A stretch of DNA of 57,946 nucleotides from Psammoneis japonica (taxonomy: Eukaryota), in assembly GCA_008632985.1 (NCBI GenBank), contig QPGO01000318.1, positions 1 through 57,946 of the forward strand. Direction: 5' to 3'. Position 1 is the stretch's first letter. Each line of letters starts with the position of its first letter. The translations under genes were made by a program, and so were the position numbers. Positions 50,192 through 57,946 of this stretch are shown one piece after another. The notes beneath the pieces are model-generated. The model was not told the DNA's origin. It made no database searches and saw nothing but the letters and a program-made list of their open reading frames with translations.

Positions 50192-51791
50192 GTTCGTTGT
50201 TCTCTTGTCGGTATTCGGTTGTGGGCACGGCTAGGTCGTCGCTATCCTCCTTGAAATCATCTTGTTTTCTGGGCTTGGCTAGAGTGACACGATGAGCTAT
50301 TTGACGCGTTGCGGAATGTACAAATTCAATCGTAAGAATCTCGTCAGTCTTGGTGGCAGGCCCAACCGACAGCGTAGCATGACCAAACATGTACGAGCGC
50401 CAAAGTGTCCATTCCCGACTGTCCTCAAAGTACGATGTGGATTCGTAATTGGAGGGATTACCAGCCACCACGTAGACGGGTTTGCTCGCATTGTAAATAT
50501 ACGAAGCATTGTGAACAGCGCTATAGTCGGATTGGTTGAACGAGACGGGCGTGGTCAGTTCCATATTGTGAACGTGTCCAGCAAAAACCGCATCCACCTG
50601 ATACTTGTGGAACACTTCCTCAAAGGCATCAAAAGGCTTGGAATCCTTTTCTGGATCACCCCAAGAAGAGTAGGATGGACGATGATAATGAACAACAATC
50701 CAAGGATACAATCGTCGCATCGTCGGAGAAGTGGCTTTTCTCAAATCTTGAACGAGCCATTGCATCATTCTAACTTTCATTTCGGGAGGTAAGGACGGCC
50801 AATACCCCAAAAGTTCCGAGGATAGCGCAATCAAATGCATACCACCGCCCGTAGCACCGTTGCGATTGCTGTTGCTTTCGCTACCACCGACATTGATGGA
50901 GTACCAGTGATTTCTGCAAAAGCGTTCCTGACCTGGGTTGCAGGGCATGAAGAAGCGATTGTGATAGTCGGAGAAGCTATTATAGGCTTCTCCATTTCCC
51001 GGCGAGACCAATAGGGGAGCAATCCTTGTAGTGACTGTCTTGCTTGTAAGTCTAGTACCCGTACCGGTGGTCATGTCTGACAAGTTTTGCATAAACCAAA
51101 GCGTATTTTGACGGTGATGGGTGACGTTGGTGTCGGATGTTTCTTGTCCCCAATAATAGACCATGTCTCCAAAGAGTACAATGGCATCCAAATCACCCTG
51201 ATCCAATTGCGCTCTTGTTAAATGATAGATTTGATTGTTGGACCATCCCAAATCACCAAACATGCTCAGCCGAGGACATGTCGTGGATAGTAAATTGGTG
51301 GCTTGAAAGATTTTCTGACACGGTGCTGTGTCTAAATGGATCTTTTCATCACCAGTAGTTGAAGTGTTGAAGTGGTCGTAGAGTAGCCGAAAGTAAATTT
51401 GTGTTTGCCCTTGAAACGGTAGGGTAGTATTGTGGATGATGGTGACGACCGTAGAGTTCTTGTCATTGAAGTCTGGAGACAAGAAGGACGTGGCGTCACT
51501 CTGAAAGGTCAGCTCTTGGTCCTTGTAACCCCACTGAACTCCAGCCCATGTTTTTGATGCATGGCTCCGGTGAGAAACATTTCCGCTATCATGTAAATGG
51601 ATTATAGTATTCCAGCTCACCACAAGACCATCCTCGCCACCATTACCAACATTGCTCTTCGCGGCAGGTGCTGTCAACACATTCCGGCAGAGGTGGAACT
51701 CGTTGCTTTGATTTTTGATTCGAGCAAAAGCAAACGAGACCGCAAACACCAGCAGCAACAGTGAACAGAACTTGCAAGATTTAAACAGCAT
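50112..51791 (-). CDS. Secreted purple-acid-phosphatase-like metallophosphoesterase
   Basis: Signal peptide; motifs FGDLG, GDMVY, PGNGE, HYHRP and FAGHVH. Confidence 0.88.
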   Translation of the reverse strand: MLFKSCKFCSLLLLVFAVSFAFARIKNQSNEFHLCRNVLTAPAAKSNVGNGGEDGLVVSWNTIIHLHDSGNVSHRSHASKTWAGVQWGYKDQELTFQSDATSFLSPDFNDKNSTVVTIIHNTTLPFQGQTQIYFRLLYDHFNTSTTGDEKIHLDTAPCQKIFQATNLLSTTCPRLSMFGDLGWSNNQIYHLTRAQLDQGDLDAIVLFGDMVYYWGQETSDTNVTHHRQNTLWFMQNLSDMTTGTGTRLTSKTVTTRIAPLLVSPGNGEAYNSFSDYHNRFFMPCNPGQERFCRNHWYSINVGGSESNSNRNGATGGGMHLIALSSELLGYWPSLPPEMKVRMMQWLVQDLRKATSPTMRRLYPWIVVHYHRPSYSSWGDPEKDSKPFDAFEEVFHKYQVDAVFAGHVHNMELTTPVSFNQSDYSAVHNASYIYNASKPVYVVAGNPSNYESTSYFEDSREWTLWRSYMFGHATLSVGPATKTDEILTIEFVHSATRQIAHRVTLAKPRKQDDFKEDSDDLAVPTTEYRQENNEREDGRFMSAKSTLAGVTSRNNCHIRQ

Positions 51792-52067
51792 TTATACAGT
51801 GTCGCTCTCCATCAGCAATAATCTCATGCTGCAAAGCATCGGCGATGAGGATTACAGTCGCGGATTTGGGATTTTTTGCCGCAGTAGATTGGAGGCGCCT
51901 GTGCTGCCAGTTCAGTCGTGACTGTAAATTACGCGTAGAGTTATACGGTAACGACAACACGACTCAAATTGGTGGGAAGACGAGCATTTTTTTTTGAAAA
52001 AGGCCGACAAAGCAACAACACAGACAAACGCAGAGAGCAGCGCAATAAGCGCCTCACTGTTTTGACC

Positions 52068-53757
52068 ATGGTGCCTCCGACGGCGGCAGCGACAAGGACA
52101 CCGCAGGAGGTTCAGAATGCGTGGGACGAGCTCAAACAATGTCTTTTAAATACGTCATTACAAGACGCACATAATCAGCAGTCCATGGCGACGGACATGT
52201 ATGAGCAAGAGGAAAAGAAACAACAACAACAAAAAGAGGTGAAACAGCGTGGTGGCAAGACGGAGACTCGCAAATCAGAAACAAAAAGAGCATCACGCAT
52301 ATCGAACAAAAGTCAATCTCGCCCACAAGTATCGAATACTAAATCTACACCTACATCAACGCCATTCATGATACACAGTGATTGGTCCTTTGCAATTGAA
52401 GAAATGCCAAACATTTCGAGGTACAGCGTCACGCTTCGTCGAGTAAAGTCGATTTCAGCAACGATTGATGCGACACAATTAAAAGTCACCATGAATTATT
52501 CAGACGCAAAGGATTCGACACGGGTGACCTTGACCAATCATCGAGACAAGATCGTGTTGTTTCAAGCGGTGTTTCCCGTGCGACTCGTCAATGCGACTGC
52601 CGGACTTGTAGTACTTGACGACGACGACGGCATGATTAGCTTGCGACTCCAAAGCGAGACGCCTCTTTTGCCGACTCCTCGCTCCATTGTTCCAACAAGG
52701 ACTCTCGAAGGAATATCTTGTCGGTTCTGTCATCAGTCTCTTTGCAGTGCAGCAGAAATTGAAAAGATCGTGCCACTCCCAAGTGTGGATTGGAGTGAAG
52801 TTGCAGATTACCTTGTTTGTTACAATGGCGTAAGTATCGAAACAAAAACCTCACGCTTTCTTTCTTTAATTCGAAACTCACTTCTTATGTTTGTAATTTT
52901 TTGTGTTGTAGCCACTGGCGGTCGACTTTGGATCCGTCAAACTGGAACGTGGTGTGGCCATGGAGGATTCGACCGTGTTTGTGCTGCATCGCGAGGACGT
53001 TGGGGAATCAGTCGCTGTGCTTGCCCTAGAGGGATATGGTACAGCATGGGAAGCATCCAAAGAACAGTCAGTAGAAAGCAATGATGAGTCGGTACCGTTG
53101 GAATTGCAAGATGCTGGCGGCAGTGCTGCGACCGTGTGTTGTAGTCAATGTTGTTCCGTGTTGGGATGTACGCCCTTGCAGGATACGGACAAGATTCGAT
53201 TCTTGAAACATCGTCTATCGTATGAAAAGCAGTCTCGTTGTGCCTCCTTTGTGGCCCAGGAAATGATACGGTACGCGGAAAGCAAGGCAATCTTTACCTT
53301 TGCCATCATTGACAATGGCGTCCAACACAGCAACAGCAATTGCTTGATTTTGAAAATTTTGAGCTGGGATGCACAAATGGCAGTGTCGTCTCGTGGCAAC
53401 GGTGTGCTTGATTTTCAAAATGTGGTCAAGGTCATTTATGAGGTGACAAGTTCAGCGGCAGCACTATCATCACACAAACAAGCCGACAGTCCTTGGTTCC
53501 TTGCCGGAGGAACCGTAGACTTTTGCTGTCTTCCAAACATGGGAGGACCGTCGACAGCTCAAGAATCAAACAAGAACACATCCTCCATGGTTACTTTGTA
53601 TCTAGATAGTGAGGAATGGGCTGAAGTGAAGCAGACTGTCACAGATGGTTCCTCGTTCTTCTCAAAAGCTGTGGCGGATACTACGATTCGGTTCAAAGTT
53701 GGTGCCATGGCAACGGCTAGCCGCAGCCTTGGTATGAGTGCACTATTTCTTCAGTAG
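52068..53757 (+). CDS. UBE3D-like (HECT_2, E2-binding) protein, 2 exons
   Basis: ISCRFCHQSL...PLPSVDWSEVADYLVC and VCCSQCCSVLG; intron at ~52830-52910. Confidence 0.7.
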
Positions 53758-54071
53758 AAGCAAGATCTGTGAGGCTGTGGCGGCGGGCTTTATCATTAAT
53801 TCTCTAGAGAGTAAGTGTCCCCTTTGTTTGGTGGGAATATTTGCGATCGGTTGTGGTCCTGTATCCGGAACAACTGACGGACGATTTCTCGATGACGTCA
53901 TCGATGTCAGGGTGGCAATTTTGATTTTCAGATTTGTCGTGATTCGACGATTTGCATTCGATTGATTCTTGTTTGTTGGGGTTCTCAATCTCATTTGATG
54001 TGACGCCAACGCGATGCTTTGCCACAAAGAAAGCACAACGAAATAAGAAGCAGCACATTTTGTTATCGGAT

Positions 54072-56645
54072 ATGTGGAGAAGCAGAATGGGAGGTCGTTT
54101 TGTGAAACCAGCGGCGATGGCTCTTCTTTCCGGACGGCTGGTCGAATCATCGTCGAGCATGTTGGGGAGGAACAAGATCGCCTTCACCTATCATCACCGA
54201 GGTTGTCTTTATCGCAATACGCAACTTCGCCAACTTTTGGCGCGGTCTGCTGGAGCTGCGCCTCTCCCCGCCGAAGAATTACGATGGACGTGTGATCCAG
54301 AACAATTTCATTTCAAGACTACCGCAGATCTTGATGATCTGGGGGGAGACGCGTTGCTTGGACAAGAGAGGGCAACGTCTTCAATCGAATTTGGAATCGG
54401 CATGCATCGAGATGGGTATAATCTCTACGTTCTGGGCCCTGCTGGTGCTGGAAAAAGAACGGTTGTTCAAAAGTACCTTGAACAGCGTGCAAAAGACTGC
54501 GATGTTCCGTCGGACTGGTGTTATGTGTACAACTTTGAGGATGCCGACTGCCCAGAAGCTTTGGCAGTTCCTGCCGGTATGGGACGCATACTGAGCGACA
54601 ATATGGATCAAATAATCGAGGATCTCAAAGAGGCTATCCCTGCCGCGATGGAGAACGACGAACACGTCAAAAGGGTGCAGGCGGCGGAAAAGGAGATTGC
54701 ACAAGATTTTGAATCTACCTTGAAGGAACTCTCTGACGAAGCAAAGTCGTTTGGCTTTGAGATTACTCGCAGGCAGAACGGCTTTGCTCTGTTAATACCA
54801 AAAACAGTTGAAAACATGACCCAGCAGGAGAAAGTAGCACTCGAAAAGGCTTCTGAACAAATGGAACCAAAGATGCAGGAGCTCGTACAGAGATTGTCAC
54901 AGGCCACCAAGGAAACCCGGGAGAAAGTAAAGGAACTGAATCGAGAAGCTGCGAAGGCAGTGGCACATGGACTGTTTCTTTCAGTCAGAGAAATGTACAA
55001 AGATCAATCCAATGTCCTTGAGTTTCTCTCGAAAGTCGAGGATGATGTTATTCAGAACTTTCGAGAATTTCTTGTATCATCTGAAGACACAGTCATGCCA
55101 TTCTTGTTCTTGCAAGGTCGCCAGAAATTTGTTAACAGATATCGTGTTAATCTTATTGTTGATCACGGCGAGACGGTTGGGGCCCCGGTGGTGTACGAAG
55201 ATCATCCATATTACCACAATCTCATGGGACGTGTTGACCATGAGAGCAGCCTTGGCTCGCTAACCACAGACTTTTCACTCATCAAAGCTGGGGCCTTACA
55301 CCGTGCCAATGGAGGATTCCTCGTATTACGAGCACGGGACGTCCTCCTCCAGCCGTTCTCGTGGGAAGCACTAAAGCGAGCGTTGCGTACGGGACGGGTT
55401 CAAATGGAATCCTTGGGTGCTGAGTTGAGGCTAATCAGTACCGTATCACTGGAGCCCGAGCCCATCCCGCTCGACTTGAAAGTGGTACTGATTGGAGACC
55501 GTATGATATACTACCTACTTCAGGCTTATGACGAGGACTTCAATGAGCTCTTCAAGGTAGGGGCTGACTTTAGCGACGAGACTGACCGTTCAGAGGAGAG
55601 CTGCCAGCTATATGCACGGATGTTGGCAACACTCAGCAAGACGGAAGAAGCGAAACCAATGGATCGCGAGGCAGTCGCTTTGATGATTGAACAAGCCTCA
55701 AGGCATGTGGGGGACCAAGAGAAGCTATCAACGCACATGCTAAGTACAGCGGACCTTTTGCGAGAAGCAGATTATTGGGCTGAGACCGACTCTTCAGATG
55801 TCATCGGTGCGGCCCACGTTAGCAAAGCAATACAGCAACATATCTATCGCTCTGATCGTGTGCGCGAACTAATACATGAGCAGATAAGACGAGGCACTCT
55901 TCTGGTTGATGTTGACGGAGAAAGGATTGGGCAAGTAAATGGCTTGTCCGTCATGTCACTGGGAAAGCTCGCTTTTGGACGACCATCGCGAATAACGGCT
56001 ACTGGGCGATTAGGCCGAGGCAAAGTTATTGACATTGAGCGTGAAGTTGAGCTGGGGGGACCGATTCATTCAAAAGGTGTTATGATTCTTTCGTCTCTCT
56101 TAGCATCGAGATATGCTAGGGACTTTCCACTTTCTCTGTCGGCAAGTTTGGTGTTTGAACAATCGTACGGTATGGTGGAAGGTGACAGCGCCTCCGTAGC
56201 AGAATTCTGCGCTTTGCTGTCCGCCCTTGCCCAAGTCCCCATAAGGCAGAACCTGGCGATTACTGGTTCACTGAACCAGCACGGCGAAGCCCAGGCGATT
56301 GGCGGAGTCAACGAAAAGATCGAGGGGTACTTTGATGTTTGCAGTGCAATTGGTTTGACTGGCGAGCAGGGCGTTCTTATTCCGTCATCGAACCGGAAGC
56401 ACTTGATGTTAAGGCAGGATGTCGTGGATGCGGTGCGTCAGGGTATGTTTGCGGTATATTCATACGATACTGTCGATGATGCCATAGCTCTTCTTACTGG
56501 AGTCGATGCGGGAGAACGGGATAGTAAGGGAGAATACAGACCCGAAACTGTCAACTATCTAGTGGATCATCGACTCAAAGAACTTGCCGATTTGATGGTG
56601 GCATACTCTGCAAACTCCGAGAAAAATGAATCTTCGTCTTTGTAG
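54072..56645 (+). CDS. LonC/LonB-like S16 protease (AAA_32 plus Lon_C), intronless, bacterial type; start codon uncertain
   Basis: LLGQERA, GPAGAGKRT, DWCYVYNF, IKAGALHRANGGFL, GQVNGLSV, DIEREVELGGPIHSKG, catalytic VEGDSAS and GGVNEKIEG. Confidence 0.93.
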   Translation: MWRSRMGGRFVKPAAMALLSGRLVESSSSMLGRNKIAFTYHHRGCLYRNTQLRQLLARSAGAAPLPAEELRWTCDPEQFHFKTTADLDDLGGDALLGQERATSSIEFGIGMHRDGYNLYVLGPAGAGKRTVVQKYLEQRAKDCDVPSDWCYVYNFEDADCPEALAVPAGMGRILSDNMDQIIEDLKEAIPAAMENDEHVKRVQAAEKEIAQDFESTLKELSDEAKSFGFEITRRQNGFALLIPKTVENMTQQEKVALEKASEQMEPKMQELVQRLSQATKETREKVKELNREAAKAVAHGLFLSVREMYKDQSNVLEFLSKVEDDVIQNFREFLVSSEDTVMPFLFLQGRQKFVNRYRVNLIVDHGETVGAPVVYEDHPYYHNLMGRVDHESSLGSLTTDFSLIKAGALHRANGGFLVLRARDVLLQPFSWEALKRALRTGRVQMESLGAELRLISTVSLEPEPIPLDLKVVLIGDRMIYYLLQAYDEDFNELFKVGADFSDETDRSEESCQLYARMLATLSKTEEAKPMDREAVALMIEQASRHVGDQEKLSTHMLSTADLLREADYWAETDSSDVIGAAHVSKAIQQHIYRSDRVRELIHEQIRRGTLLVDVDGERIGQVNGLSVMSLGKLAFGRPSRITATGRLGRGKVIDIEREVELGGPIHSKGVMILSSLLASRYARDFPLSLSASLVFEQSYGMVEGDSASVAEFCALLSALAQVPIRQNLAITGSLNQHGEAQAIGGVNEKIEGYFDVCSAIGLTGEQGVLIPSSNRKHLMLRQDVVDAVRQGMFAVYSYDTVDDAIALLTGVDAGERDSKGEYRPETVNYLVDHRLKELADLMVAYSANSEKNESSSL

Positions 56646-56774
56646 GTTTGATCAACCGTCGTATCATACTTTGAAGTACAACCGTCGTTTGATTCTTTTT
56701 TCTGGAAAATCTAGAAGTACTCGTAAGCTTCGAATAAATCTGCCATTTATTGACAATTTTAAAAGCACCTCATT

Positions 56775-57935
56775 TTACAAGTGACGCACAGATTCACTTT
56801 CTTCATGAAAGAGCTCTTGCATCATGTTATCCACCAAGTCATCGAGTGGTTTTCTTCGTTCTGATTCCACTTCGTCTTTGCCAGTTCCGTGTACAAGATC
56901 AAGGACTTGTTCCGCTTGAGTACGCGTCAACTGCCAACGATCTTTCTCTCGTCTCAAGGAGATCCTCCAAGGGATCTTCAAGGGCTGGCAGCCAATCGCT
57001 GTGAAACCAACCATCAAAGCTCAAACGCTTTTCCTTAGCATGGGGGCTCACTTGAGTAGTGAAGTGTTGTGAGTTGGGGTTGACGGCGAACAAAGCCAAG
57101 GTGTTGAACTCAGCGTGAACGTAGGAATTTTGCGAACTTTCTGGGGTCCAATCTGCAAGAATCAAACAAAGAGTAAGGCGCTAAATGAGTTTCAGTCAGA
57201 AATTTAAAAGCGAGCAAATCAGTCGCCAATGCGAAACTTACAAAGTGCGCCACCCCATTCGGGTTGCCAGTTGTGACTCAGCAGCCACTGGTAAGAAACT
57301 GCACGTTGGCCCATATATTGATTGTGCGGAAGTGAATAATCTCCAGACATGTGATAACATGCAGAGCCAGAAGGCGCTCTCGTTCCGCCCATACAGTTAC
57401 GACCTGATAAAGTGGACATGAACTTCTTCGTGTCGGGGTGTTCGAAAACAGCAAGTGTAGAGTTCATCAAAGCTGAATAGTCAGCACGGTCTGTGACTGC
57501 ATGTCGGCTGTATTGAAAGCCGTCTTCGTTGAAGCCTGTATCTAGGGGCCATTTTGCCATTCTTTCAAGTTCGCAGTGAAGTGCTTCGGCCAAATTCAGG
57601 AATAACGCGTCATGAATGACAACCAAGTCGTCGCCTCGCAAAGTCTCCGCAATATCTTCCAATATCTCTCCATCCTCGAACAAGTTAGGATTCAGATAGT
57701 GTTCGATACTGGCATACTTTACATCATACGTAGGGCAGGGTTTATCTTCTTTGTATTTTCTGGCACTTGGCGGGGGCTGGCATTTTTCACCTCGGCATGG
57801 CTTTGATTGCGACGACTCGCCGTCGTCGTCATCTCGTCGAACATACTTATTAGTTGATCTTTTACGAACAGCAAAGACAGGATTGATCGAGGCCAACGCA
57901 AATGCCACAAGTAGAAACTGTTGTTGTAATCCCAT
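56775..57935 (-). CDS. Secreted 2OG-Fe(II) oxygenase-fold protein, 2 exons
   Basis: Signal peptide; GDYSLPHNQ...WLLSHNWQPEWGGAL; second exon FNTLALFAVNPNSQHFTTQV...KRLSFDGWF. Confidence 0.75.
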
Positions 57936-57946
57936 TTTTCTCGTGT

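Overview
This is a eukaryotic, intron-containing window whose gene content (DGDG synthase, LRR-TM family, HA-domain protein, CoDi-like Copia element) suggests a pennate diatom; the organism is an inference. About 17 ordinary genes alternate with four sharply bounded blocks (about 4610-12890, 30290-31580, 35550-42600 and 44830-46940) in which TpA is almost absent and CpG is variably depleted. The window contains its own controls: an inverted copy of 48390-50553, three copies of one MITE, the two LTRs of a Copia element and a Tyr-free pseudogene. These show TpA converted to TpG or CpA, with TTA/TAA contexts relatively spared and CpG decay lagging behind. This looks like a region-restricted, TpA-directed hypermutation of TE and duplicated DNA, opposite in direction to fungal RIP and leaving the donor copy untouched. 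Also present are a Copia derivative with 46-bp LTRs, a MITE family with 4-bp TSDs, a probable nucleotide-sugar transporter/LicD fusion, an EF-hand CNG-type channel and a bacterial-type LonC-like protease. Many single-base frameshifts in conserved genes suggest assembly indel errors. All dinucleotide statements come from reading by eye, not from computation.
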